From Gilvibacter sp. (lineage in GTDB: Bacteria; Bacteroidota; Bacteroidia; Flavobacteriales; Flavobacteriaceae), in NCBI GenBank assembly GCA_039981375.1, contig JBDXAK010000002.1, forward strand, positions 16,494-80,493: a stretch of 64,000 nt of DNA, in the 5' to 3' direction. A model generated the notes under the pieces. It saw only the letters and a list, made by a program, of their open reading frames with translations. It was not told where the DNA came from and made no database searches. Both the position numbers and the translations under genes were made by a program. Positions within the stretch are counted from its first letter, which is position 1. Each line of letters begins with the position of its first letter. Below are positions 9,060 through 18,277 of the stretch, piece after piece.

Positions 9060-11756
9060 ATGGAACAATACATTATTTATATGCCAATCGCATTGGCAAT
9101 CTTAGGGCTAATTTACATGCTCGTAAAGAAATCTTGGGTAATGAAGCAAGATGCCGGAGATGGCAAAATGAAAGAAATTTCGGATCACATCTACGAAGGC
9201 GCTTTGGCTTTCTTAAATGCCGAGTATAGACTACTAGCTATCTTCGTAGTAATCGTTAGTATTCTACTAGCTATTGTTTCTTTTGTTGTACCTACAACCC
9301 ACTGGTTAATTGTAATCGCATTTATTTTTGGAGCTATTTTTTCTGCCTTTGCAGGAAACATCGGGATGAAGATTGCTACCAAAACAAACGTACGTACCAC
9401 GCAGGCGGCACGTACTAGTTTGCCACAAGCACTTAAAATTTCTTTTGGCGGTGGAACCGTTATGGGACTTGGCGTGGCTGGTTTGGCTGTATTAGGATTG
9501 ACTGCCTTCTTTATTGTGTTCTTTCACTTCTTTATGGGTGGTGAATGGACCAATACTATGGATATGACTATCGTTCTAGAAACCTTAGCTGGTTTCTCTT
9601 TAGGTGCAGAATCTATTGCTTTATTTGCACGTGTTGGTGGAGGTATTTATACCAAAGCTGCAGACGTAGGTGCCGACTTAGTTGGTAAGGTTGAGGCTGG
9701 TATTCCAGAAGACGATCCACGTAACCCAGCAACTATTGCAGATAACGTTGGAGATAACGTAGGAGATGTTGCAGGTATGGGAGCCGATTTATTTGGATCT
9801 TATGTGGCAACCGTATTGGCTGCAATGGTATTAGGAAATTATGTTATTAAAGATATGGGTGGCAACATTGGCGATGCCTTTGGCGGAATTGGCCCAATCT
9901 TACTACCAATGGCAATCGCAGGTGCAGGGATAATCATCTCTGTAATAGGAACGATGTTGGTAAAAATAAAAAGCAACGATGCTAAAGAGGCTCAGGTTAT
10001 GGGCGCCTTAAACATCGGTAACTGGACTTCTATCATTTTGGTAGCGGTATCTTGTTTTGGTCTGGTAATCTGGATGCTTCCAGAAACGATGAAGATGAAC
10101 TTCTTTGGCGAAGGCTTACAAGAAATTTCTTCGATGCGCGTATTCTATGCAACCTTAGTTGGACTTGTAGTAGGTGCCGTAATCTCTTCTGTAACCGAAT
10201 TCTACACAGGATTAGGGAAGAGACCTATTTTAAAAATTGTACAACAATCAAGTACAGGTGCTGGAACAAACATTATTGCTGGTCTTGCGACTGGGATGAT
10301 TTCTACGTTCCCATCGGTATTATTATTTGCTGGAGCTATTTGGGCTTCTTATGCTTTTGCAGGATTTTACGGAGTTGCTTTAGCAGCTTCTGCAATGATG
10401 GCAACAACAGCTATGCAATTGGCAATCGATGCCTTTGGACCTATTTCTGATAACGCAGGAGGTATTGCAGAAATGAGCGAGCAAGAGCCAATAGTAAGAG
10501 AGCGTACAGATATCTTAGATTCTGTAGGTAACACTACTGCAGCAACTGGTAAAGGATTTGCTATTGCTTCTGCTGCATTAACGTCGTTGGCATTGTTTGC
10601 TGCCTATGTAACCTTTACAGGTATTGATGGAATCAACATCTTTAAGGCGCCTGTATTGGCGATGTTATTTGTTGGTGGAATGGTTCCTGTTGTATTCTCT
10701 GCCTTAGCGATGAATGCTGTAGGTAAAGCTGCCATGGAAATGGTGCAAGAAGTAAGACGTCAGTTTAGAGACATTCCTGGAATTATGGAAGGAACTGGCA
10801 AACCTGAATACGACAAATGTGTTGCTATTAGTACACAGGCTTCTTTAAAAGAAATGATGCTTCCAGGTTTATTAACGATTGGTTTCCCATTAGTTATTGC
10901 TTTTGTACCGATGATTTTTGGTATGGACAATGTAGCTATCGCCGAAATGCTTGGTGGTTATATGGCTGGAGTAACTGTTAGTGGTGTACTTTGGGCTATC
11001 TTCCAAAACAACGCTGGTGGTGCTTGGGATAACGCAAAAAAATCTTTTGAAGCTGGTGTCGAGATTAACGGTGAAATGACTTATAAAGGCTCTGAAGCGC
11101 ATAAAGCAGCTGTAACAGGTGATACTGTAGGAGATCCTTTTAAAGATACTTCTGGACCATCTATGAACATCTTGATTAAACTTACTTGTTTAATTGGATT
11201 GGTGATTGCCCCTATCTTAGGTGGGCATTCTTCTGACGAGATGTCTTTTGGCGAAGCCAACGAAGGCGAAATGATCTTTATCTCAGAAGATGGTACAAAA
11301 ACTGTCCTATCTGTATCAAGTAAAGATATGGCCAAAATGACCAAAGAAGTTACTGTTGATATGGAAGGCGACGGCGACAACGCTACTGCTACTATCACGA
11401 TTACTAAAGATGGCGAAACTGTAGAAGAAGTAATCACAGGAACCATGGAAGAAGTAGAGGCCAAAGTTAAAGCTTATAAAGGCGAAGACGGAGACGTTAT
11501 GGTAAGGATAAAAGGCGACACCGACGGTATTACTGTGGGAGACGACAAAGAGGTTACCATTACTATGAAAGGCGAAAACAGTGGCAACGCAACTGCCAAG
11601 ATTACGAGGCTTAAAGATGGAGAAACTGTAACAGAAACTATCACAGGTACGATGGAAGAAGTTAAAGCCAAGATAGAAGCTTTAAAAGATGATGCAGATG
11701 TTCAAGACATCGAAATCAGAAGTGAAGTAGAGAAAGTAATTAAGAAGGATAACTAA
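9060..11756 (+). CDS. hppA: membrane-integral ion-translocating pyrophosphatase, K+-dependent type, with C-terminal extension
   Basis: [37 protein letters not shown] (Ala indicates the K+-dependent type), GGAWDNAKK and [14 protein letters not shown] motifs. The coupling ion (Na+ or H+) cannot be determined by eye. Confidence 0.95.
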   Translation: MEQYIIYMPIALAILGLIYMLVKKSWVMKQDAGDGKMKEISDHIYEGALAFLNAEYRLLAIFVVIVSILLAIVSFVVPTTHWLIVIAFIFGAIFSAFAGNIGMKIATKTNVRTTQAARTSLPQALKISFGGGTVMGLGVAGLAVLGLTAFFIVFFHFFMGGEWTNTMDMTIVLETLAGFSLGAESIALFARVGGGIYTKAADVGADLVGKVEAGIPEDDPRNPATIADNVGDNVGDVAGMGADLFGSYVATVLAAMVLGNYVIKDMGGNIGDAFGGIGPILLPMAIAGAGIIISVIGTMLVKIKSNDAKEAQVMGALNIGNWTSIILVAVSCFGLVIWMLPETMKMNFFGEGLQEISSMRVFYATLVGLVVGAVISSVTEFYTGLGKRPILKIVQQSSTGAGTNIIAGLATGMISTFPSVLLFAGAIWASYAFAGFYGVALAASAMMATTAMQLAIDAFGPISDNAGGIAEMSEQEPIVRERTDILDSVGNTTAATGKGFAIASAALTSLALFAAYVTFTGIDGINIFKAPVLAMLFVGGMVPVVFSALAMNAVGKAAMEMVQEVRRQFRDIPGIMEGTGKPEYDKCVAISTQASLKEMMLPGLLTIGFPLVIAFVPMIFGMDNVAIAEMLGGYMAGVTVSGVLWAIFQNNAGGAWDNAKKSFEAGVEINGEMTYKGSEAHKAAVTGDTVGDPFKDTSGPSMNILIKLTCLIGLVIAPILGGHSSDEMSFGEANEGEMIFISEDGTKTVLSVSSKDMAKMTKEVTVDMEGDGDNATATITITKDGETVEEVITGTMEEVEAKVKAYKGEDGDVMVRIKGDTDGITVGDDKEVTITMKGENSGNATAKITRLKDGETVTETITGTMEEVKAKIEALKDDADVQDIEIRSEVEKVIKKDN
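11343..11687 (+). repeat. intragenic tandem duplication of a ~46-aa unit in the hppA C-terminal tail
   Basis: 11343-11480 encodes [46 protein letters not shown] and 11547-11687 encodes [47 protein letters not shown]. Confidence 0.92.
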
Positions 11757-11772
11757 TCTTCGATTTACATAT

Positions 11773-11806
11773 AAAAAAAGCCCGCTCAAATTGAGCGGGC
11801 TTTTTT
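11773..11806. terminator. bidirectional intrinsic terminator between hppA and the PAP2 gene
   Basis: A7-GCCCGCTCAA a TTGAGCGGGC-T6, lying between convergent genes. Confidence 0.9.
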
Positions 11807-11810
11807 ATTT

Positions 11811-12674
11811 TTAAAAGGTTCCTATGACTCCAATGGTGCGCGGAGTAGCAGCCAAACGCCACTTGATTTTTTTATTAGGTCGCATAGCATCTGGATAACG
11901 TTTTTCTTTATGTAGATAATTGTCTATGCTATCTACCACTACGATGCTTATCGCAGCGCCTATTGCAACATCTGTAATCCAATGTGCATCTGCCCAAAGC
12001 CTTGAAACAGGAGCGATAGAACCCACAGAATAGATACCTGCTTTAATCCACCAATTGTCAAACTGCTTGGCGATGGCGTGTGCCATACTCATCGATAAAA
12101 TAGTATGCCCAGATGGGAAGCTATGATACTTAGGTTGATCGCTAAAAAAGTCAAATTCAAATTTACTGGCGCCATCTTCTGGACGTTGCCTGCCAATCAC
12201 AGATTTTCCTAAAGCCGAATAGAAGCCGGCAACGGCAGAAGAACTAATGATAAGAACGGCCGCATTGCGTACTTTTTCATTTTTGGTAATAAGGCCAACA
12301 GAATAAAGTCCGCCAGTGATTAAAAAGAAGTTTTGAGGGCTGCCAAAGTAATACCCAATATCTTTAAGTAAATCTGGTACGTCGCCGTTTTGCTCTAAAA
12401 AGAAGGCACGTGCGTTGTGATCTATAGTATGTAATCCAACAGTGCCTACAATAATACCTGCTGCTGTAGAAAAATCTTCGCCATTCCAGCGGGCTGGTGC
12501 GGTTACCGCATACAAAGCGCCACCAAAAACGCTTTTCGCATCGTATTTGAGCATCTCCCATGTGGTCTGTTCGCTAGGGGCTACCAAAGAGTCGTTAGCG
12601 GTTTGTGCTAGGCTGAATTGACTACAAAGAAGTAATTGTAAAACAAGGAATATTCTTATGGGAAAATAATTCAT
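11811..12674 (-). CDS. PAP2-family phosphatase
   Basis: All three PAP2 motifs are present: KSVIGRQRP, SFPSGH and SRLWADAHW. There is an N-terminal signal peptide. Confidence 0.9.
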   Translation of the reverse strand: MNYFPIRIFLVLQLLLCSQFSLAQTANDSLVAPSEQTTWEMLKYDAKSVFGGALYAVTAPARWNGEDFSTAAGIIVGTVGLHTIDHNARAFFLEQNGDVPDLLKDIGYYFGSPQNFFLITGGLYSVGLITKNEKVRNAAVLIISSSAVAGFYSALGKSVIGRQRPEDGASKFEFDFFSDQPKYHSFPSGHTILSMSMAHAIAKQFDNWWIKAGIYSVGSIAPVSRLWADAHWITDVAIGAAISIVVVDSIDNYLHKEKRYPDAMRPNKKIKWRLAATPRTIGVIGTF

Positions 12675-12716
12675 AGATGGATTTTCGACTAGATGAAAAT
12701 ACGAAAATCTTGAATA

Positions 12717-13331
12717 CTAAAACAACCCATGCAACTCGGCATCGATGCGACTAATCACATCGCCTAGATGTTCTGGGTCGCTCACAAAATCGAGGCTGTC
12801 TACGTCAAAAATTAGTAAATTGCTTTTGTCGTAATCATGAATCCAGGCTTCATAACGCTCGTTAAGGCGGCTTAGGTAGTCAATAGAGATGCTGTTCTCG
12901 TATTCGCGCCCGCGTTGGTGAATCTGATTGACTAAATTAGGGATAGAGCTACGCAAATAGATGAGCAAGTCAGGAGCTTCTGTAACAGATTCCATCAGGT
13001 CGAAGAGCGAACGATAGTTCTCAAAATCACGATTGGTCATAAGACCCATTGCGTGTAAGTTGGGAGCAAAGATATAAGCGTCTTCGTAAATGGTTCTGTC
13101 TTGGATAATGTCTTTTCCTCCTTCGCGAATGTCTACGATTTGCCTAAAACGACTGTTTAAAAAATAGACTTGTAAATTAAAAGACCAGCGCTCCATCTGA
13201 TTGTAAAAATCGTCTAAATAAGGATTGTCTTCTACGTCTTCGAAGTGGGGTTGCCATTTATAATGCTTGGCTAGTAATTTTGTGAGCGTGGTTTTTCCAG
13301 AGCCTATATTTCCGGCAATTGCGACGTGCAT
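12717..13331 (-). CDS. deoxynucleoside kinase
   Basis: P-loop IAGNIGSGKTT, QDRTIYED and RGREYE lid motifs. Confidence 0.93.
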   Translation of the reverse strand: MHVAIAGNIGSGKTTLTKLLAKHYKWQPHFEDVEDNPYLDDFYNQMERWSFNLQVYFLNSRFRQIVDIREGGKDIIQDRTIYEDAYIFAPNLHAMGLMTNRDFENYRSLFDLMESVTEAPDLLIYLRSSIPNLVNQIHQRGREYENSISIDYLSRLNERYEAWIHDYDKSNLLIFDVDSLDFVSDPEHLGDVISRIDAELHGLF

Positions 13332-13350
13332 AAATCTACTTGTAAATGTG

Positions 13351-14118
13351 TTAGGTTAGCTTGAAAGTGAAAACAAAATCACCATCGTAAATATACAGGA
13401 AATCCCCATTTAGTTGCAACTGTTTTTGGGTATTTTTAGAAAAGTCAGCTGGAAGCTCAAAATACTCGTTGAGCGTCGCATTAAAGTAAAATTTGCCATC
13501 TGCTCCTAGACCAATCAGTGAGTTTTTGTATTGCCAAATCACTTCAAAATTAGGATTGCGATACTGTTCGAGGATGCTTCCATACACATTAAAAGAAACC
13601 ACTTGCTCTGTGGTTAACAAATAATAAAAATTAAAGCTGCTGTCTACACTAATTACGTTTCCGGCAATTGGCTGTGAGATAAGCGTGCGTTTACCCGATC
13701 TATAATTGTACAGCTCTAACTGCTGATTGTCTTGATTAAAAACCCATAGACTGTTGTTATTTGCCATACGCACCGAATCGATATTGGCAAAACCTTCTAC
13801 CTCGTTAAAATTAATTCGTTCGATTTCGTTTAGTGTATTGTCTAGTAGTACCACCGTGTTAAAGTCGGCATAATAGACCAGCACTTTGAGCGGGTTGATA
13901 ATATCTACGCTTTCTATTCCGCCTAGGCGCATATCTGCGTACGAGATGGTAGCGCCGTTATTGCGCTTATGTAGCGAATTGTTTTTGATAAAATAAAGGT
14001 TGTCGTAGTTGTCTTTACCAATAAATCGGTCTGCCTTGAGCGCAACAGAATCTTGCAAGACCAATTGTTGGGCTTGGAGGGGAAGGCAAATAAACAAGAG
14101 TAGCCAAAGGCTTTTCAT
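13351..14118 (-). CDS. secreted hypothetical protein, beta-rich
   Basis: 255-aa ORF with a signal peptide, co-oriented within the gene string. No motif recognised. Confidence 0.75.
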   Translation of the reverse strand: MKSLWLLLFICLPLQAQQLVLQDSVALKADRFIGKDNYDNLYFIKNNSLHKRNNGATISYADMRLGGIESVDIINPLKVLVYYADFNTVVLLDNTLNEIERINFNEVEGFANIDSVRMANNNSLWVFNQDNQQLELYNYRSGKRTLISQPIAGNVISVDSSFNFYYLLTTEQVVSFNVYGSILEQYRNPNFEVIWQYKNSLIGLGADGKFYFNATLNEYFELPADFSKNTQKQLQLNGDFLYIYDGDFVFTFKLT

Positions 14119-14136
14119 AGGCTAAAGTTACAAATT

Positions 14137-14823
14137 CTAATCACAAATTAGCTTGTATCCATACCCTCTAACGTTTACTATTTGCACGCTAGTATCTTGT
14201 TTTAGTTTTTTACGGAGTTTAGAGATAAATACATCCATGCTTCGCGCAGAAAAAAAGTCGTCTTGCCCCCAGAGTTTTTGCAAGATACTATTGCGATCTA
14301 AGAGCTGGTTTTTATTCAAGCACAAATGGTACAATAATTCGCTCTCTCTATGGGTAAGACTGGTTAACTTTTCTGTATTAAACTGTAGCTCTTGTTTGGC
14401 TGCATTAAAGTGATAGGCGCCTATTTTAAAATCCTTTGAGGGGGTTTCTGGTTTGCTACGCCCTAATAGGTTTTGGATTCGTACGATCAATTCTTCTACA
14501 CTAAAAGGCTTTTTTAAGTAATCGTTTCCGCCTAGCGAAAACCCTTGCACCACATCTTGAGTTTGTGATTTTGCTGTTAAAAAAATGATAGGTATATCGT
14601 TGTTTTCTTTTCTGATCTCTTTGGCCAACGTAAAGCCATCTTTTTTAGGCATCATGACATCTAATACCAAAATCTCTGGCACTTCTTTTTTATAAGCTTC
14701 TTTGGCCGCGACTCCGTCTTTACAGAGGGTTACTTCGAATTCGCGCGTCTCTAAACTCTCCTTTACAATTTGTGCTAAGGCGGGTTCGTCTTCTGCTAAT
14801 AAAACGCGAATTTTTTTACTCAT
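14137..14823 (-). CDS. OmpR/PhoB-family response regulator
   Basis: Receiver domain (LAEDE, LDVMMP, FLTA, YLKKPF) and winged helix (LTHRE...VFISKLRKKL...VRGYGYK). Confidence 0.95.
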   Translation of the reverse strand: MSKKIRVLLAEDEPALAQIVKESLETREFEVTLCKDGVAAKEAYKKEVPEILVLDVMMPKKDGFTLAKEIRKENNDIPIIFLTAKSQTQDVVQGFSLGGNDYLKKPFSVEELIVRIQNLLGRSKPETPSKDFKIGAYHFNAAKQELQFNTEKLTSLTHRESELLYHLCLNKNQLLDRNSILQKLWGQDDFFSARSMDVFISKLRKKLKQDTSVQIVNVRGYGYKLICD

Positions 14824-16282
14824 TAGGTAATGTTATGGTAAATGTAGTGCCTCCGTTTATAGTAGCCATGAGCGTACCATTGTGTTTTTCTATAATATTT
14901 TTGGCGTAATATAGACCAATTCCAAAACCTTTGGTATCGTGATGATTCCCCTTGGGTACTCGATAGAATTTGTCGAATATTTTGGTCGTTTGGCTTTTCG
15001 TTAGCGAAGTGCCATTGTCATGAATTTTTACCACCGTGTTATTTTGATCTTTGTGAAGGCCAATCTTAATCTTGTTACCACCATATTTAAAGGCATTATC
15101 TACGATGGTGTTAAGCACATTTTCTAAGTGAAACTTATCTGCTCGAATGACGCATTGATCTAATGAACTATCAAAGGTGATTTGCTTTTGAGTATGTATA
15201 AAAGTCTCGGGAACCACAGCAAGTTTGGTCAGAACAGCAACCAGGTCAACATCTTGAGTATTGAGATCCAAATTTTGACTATCGAGCGATGCGGTCTCTA
15301 GGAGCTTGTCTACCATATGAGTGAGTTTTTTTACTTGCTCAGAAGACATGGCAGCATATTTTTGTGTTTTTTCTTGGTCGTTGGTTTTGTTAAACTGTTC
15401 GATGCCTTCTAAGGCGACAGATATAGTAGCCAGCGGCGTTTTAAACTCATGCGTTATATTGCTGATGAGGTCGTTTTTAATTTCGGCCAGTTGTTTTTGT
15501 TGCTTGATGATTCTAAGCATATAAAACAAGATGCCAATAATACTGGCGATCAAAATAAAGGTGAGCAATAAGCTTACCGCGTTGCGATGCAAGATAAGGG
15601 GCGTCGTATTTTTAAAATAAACCTTAATCTTACTATCGTGCATTAATAAACTCGAGGCTGCGGTAACATATTGAGTATTCATATCGCTGGTTACCTCTCC
15701 AAGTTGTTCGTTTTCTGCCATAGGGCTTGAGAATTCTAAGCCATAAGTAATCCAGAGTTGGCGACGGTCTAGTTCTTTATAAAAAATACTGTCTAGGCGC
15801 TCTAGCGACAGCTCATCTTGTCTAATCGAAACAAATATTTTTGAGGTAAGGATTTCGAAGGGAGAATTACCCGTAAATGTAAAAGTGGTGTTTTCGCTTT
15901 GGCCGATAGGATGCAGATTTCTGTCAAAAAGTGTGTCAGACAATAAGGTGATACGCTTATAGTTTGAACTGTCTGTAATTTTGAATTGCTCTGAGTTAGG
16001 TATCTTTAAAGAGTCCAAGCCAGTGAAGAGATGACGCAGACTGTTACGACTTTTTTCGCTACGTATTTTAATCGAATCCCCGATAAACTCCATGGTGTTT
16101 TGCTGCGCCAGTTGGGTGTAATAGTTATCTACCGCCACATCTAAACTATTCTGAACATCTGCCAGTAGTTCTTGCTTTTCTGCCGTATAGGTTTTATAGG
16201 CCCAATACCCTTGCACGCCTAAAGTGAGGAGTATCACAAAGCTTATAAAGTATAGTATTTTATAATAGTTTTGATCTTTCAT
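14816..16282 (-). CDS. membrane sensor histidine kinase
   Basis: Two TM segments flank a periplasmic domain. H-box THEFKTPL, N-box NAFKYG, and DNG and GFGIGL boxes are present. It overlaps the response regulator start by 8 nt. Confidence 0.95.
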   Translation of the reverse strand: MKDQNYYKILYFISFVILLTLGVQGYWAYKTYTAEKQELLADVQNSLDVAVDNYYTQLAQQNTMEFIGDSIKIRSEKSRNSLRHLFTGLDSLKIPNSEQFKITDSSNYKRITLLSDTLFDRNLHPIGQSENTTFTFTGNSPFEILTSKIFVSIRQDELSLERLDSIFYKELDRRQLWITYGLEFSSPMAENEQLGEVTSDMNTQYVTAASSLLMHDSKIKVYFKNTTPLILHRNAVSLLLTFILIASIIGILFYMLRIIKQQKQLAEIKNDLISNITHEFKTPLATISVALEGIEQFNKTNDQEKTQKYAAMSSEQVKKLTHMVDKLLETASLDSQNLDLNTQDVDLVAVLTKLAVVPETFIHTQKQITFDSSLDQCVIRADKFHLENVLNTIVDNAFKYGGNKIKIGLHKDQNNTVVKIHDNGTSLTKSQTTKIFDKFYRVPKGNHHDTKGFGIGLYYAKNIIEKHNGTLMATINGGTTFTITLPNE

Positions 16283-16325
16283 TTAATCCAAATGTACGGT
16301 GCTAACCCTTTGTTAGCCAAATCGC

Positions 16326-16380
16326 TTAACACTCGTTAACATTGCTTAACTTGAGTTATGAAATGAGTTCTGCATCTTTG
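16326..16380 (+). promoter_or_regulatory. three TTAAC direct repeats at 10-bp spacing upstream of a degenerate -7 box (CATCTTTG); candidate response-regulator operator
   Basis: TTAAC occurs at 16326, 16336 and 16346, and CATCTTTG at 16373-16380, between the divergent TCS and GLPGLI genes. Confidence 0.65.
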
Positions 16381-16406
16381 TAATGTAAAATAAAAATTCA
16401 CCGAAT

Positions 16407-17258
16407 ATGAAAACGCTTATACAACTTACGTTAATTCTCACAATTCTCTTGACCTCTGCGGTGCATGCGCAAGATATTGCAGGAGTGGCTACATATAAGT
16501 CACAACGCAAAATGGAAATCAAACTAGATAGCACTCAATTTAGCGACGAAATGCAGAAGCAAATGCAAGCGATGATGAAAAAGCAATTTGAGAAAGAGTA
16601 TACTTTAAACTTTACAAAGGACGAATCTATGTATAAGGTGGTAGAAACCCTAGACGACCCTAACCCGATGGCAGGCGGCGGTGTGCGCGTAGTGGTTGCA
16701 GGCTCTGGTGCAGACGATTCGCTGTATAAAAATTTGAAAGAAGACCGATATGCAAACAAAACAGAAGTTTTTGGCAAGCCGTTTTTAGTAAAAGACAATT
16801 TTAGAGACGAAGAGTGGACGCTTACTAAGGAATCTAAAAATATTGGTGAGTATACCTGCTTTAAAGCAACCATGACTAGAACTATTACAGTCTCTACTGC
16901 TTTTAATTCGGAAGGAACAGACAACGACGAATCTGCAGAAAGTACAGAAGAGCAGGAACAACTTATTACCGCTTGGTATACCCCGCAAATTCCAGTTCAG
17001 AATGGGCCAAGTAACTACCAAGGTCTACCTGGTCTTATCTTAGAAGTTAACGATGGTAGCGAGACGATTTTATGCAGTAAAATAGTGATGAATCCTAAGA
17101 ACGGAGTCAGTATTAATGAGCCTTCAAAAGGCAAAGTCGTTACCTCTGACGAGTATCGCGCTATCATGGAAGAAAAGATGAAAGAGATGCAAGAACGATA
17201 CCAGACCAACGACAGACGTCGCGATGGGCATAATGTTCAAATACGAATAGGAGGGTAA
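16407..17258 (+). CDS. GLPGLI family protein
   Basis: Signal peptide; IGEYTCFKAT and AWYTPQIPVQNGPSNYQGLPGLILEV motifs. Confidence 0.93.
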   Translation: MKTLIQLTLILTILLTSAVHAQDIAGVATYKSQRKMEIKLDSTQFSDEMQKQMQAMMKKQFEKEYTLNFTKDESMYKVVETLDDPNPMAGGGVRVVVAGSGADDSLYKNLKEDRYANKTEVFGKPFLVKDNFRDEEWTLTKESKNIGEYTCFKATMTRTITVSTAFNSEGTDNDESAESTEEQEQLITAWYTPQIPVQNGPSNYQGLPGLILEVNDGSETILCSKIVMNPKNGVSINEPSKGKVVTSDEYRAIMEEKMKEMQERYQTNDRRRDGHNVQIRIGG

Positions 17259-17347
17259 ACTTTAACATTTTGCTAACAAACCATTGGGAGTGGCCTTAGT
17301 CTAACAGTTTAATTTTGTAAATTAAACGACGTATAAAATACATTAAA

Positions 17348-18247
17348 ATGAAGCTACTTACCACTTTGGCCCTTTTACTATCGACACTTTTTGTCAATGC
17401 GCAAAACTTTGACGGGCAAGCCTTTTACGAATCCAAAACCACCATGGACATGGACTTTGGAGGGCGAGAAATGAGCGAAGACATGAAGAAGATGATCGCC
17501 GAACGAATGCGCAAATACCTTGAAAAGACGTATATACTCACCTTTAACAAAACAGAATCTCTCTACAAAGAGGAGGTTGTGTTAGAGACAGATGCCGCTG
17601 GCGGAGGCCGTATGATGGGCATGATGATGGGGAGTTTTTCTGCCGGGGATCAGTATAAAAATATTGAGACCAACAAATTGGTAGAAGAGCGTGAGTTTTA
17701 TGGAAAACAGTTTTTGGTAAAAGAAGATATCGTTCCGCTCGAATGGGAAATGACCAAAGAGTCTAAGCAAATCGGGCAGTATGTAGCTTTTAAAGCAACA
17801 GCGATTAAAAAGATAGACCCGAACGACTTTAGCATGGCCAGACCACGACGCGGGCGAGGCGGCGACAGAGATTCAGACGAGAAAAAAGAAGGCGAAGCGG
17901 TAAAAGATACTACCAAAACGGAGAGCAACGATCCTTTTGACCAAATAGAAGTACCTAAAGAAGTAATCGTAACCGCATGGTACACTCCAATGATTCCTGT
18001 GGGGCATGGTCCAGGCGAATACGCTGGTTTACCAGGGTTAATTTTAGAACTAAATGTTTACAGAACCACACTTTTATGTTCAAAAATTGTGATGAACCCA
18101 AACGAGTCAGAAGAAATAAAAGAACCGTCTAAAGGGAAAGAAGTTACTCGAGAAGAGTATAACGCAATTGTAAAAGAAAAAATGGACGAAATGCGCGAGA
18201 TGTTTCGCGGTCGTGGAGGGCGTCGTGGCGGCGGCTTTAGAGGTTAA
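17348..18247 (+). CDS. GLPGLI family protein (paralog)
   Basis: Signal peptide; AWYTPMIPVGHGPGEYAGLPGLILEL motif; Arg/Gly-rich C-terminal tail. Confidence 0.93.
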   Translation: MKLLTTLALLLSTLFVNAQNFDGQAFYESKTTMDMDFGGREMSEDMKKMIAERMRKYLEKTYILTFNKTESLYKEEVVLETDAAGGGRMMGMMMGSFSAGDQYKNIETNKLVEEREFYGKQFLVKEDIVPLEWEMTKESKQIGQYVAFKATAIKKIDPNDFSMARPRRGRGGDRDSDEKKEGEAVKDTTKTESNDPFDQIEVPKEVIVTAWYTPMIPVGHGPGEYAGLPGLILELNVYRTTLLCSKIVMNPNESEEIKEPSKGKEVTREEYNAIVKEKMDEMREMFRGRGGRRGGGFRG

Positions 18248-18277
18248 TTCAATCAACAACATACCAACAATTAAATC

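Noticed and set aside
11081-11671. Ser/Val/Ile-rich antisense ORFs opposite the hppA tail, and other 60-150 aa shadow ORFs throughout the track
   Set aside because: They lie fully within strongly supported genes on the other strand or frame, and their composition mirrors the sense-strand codon bias.
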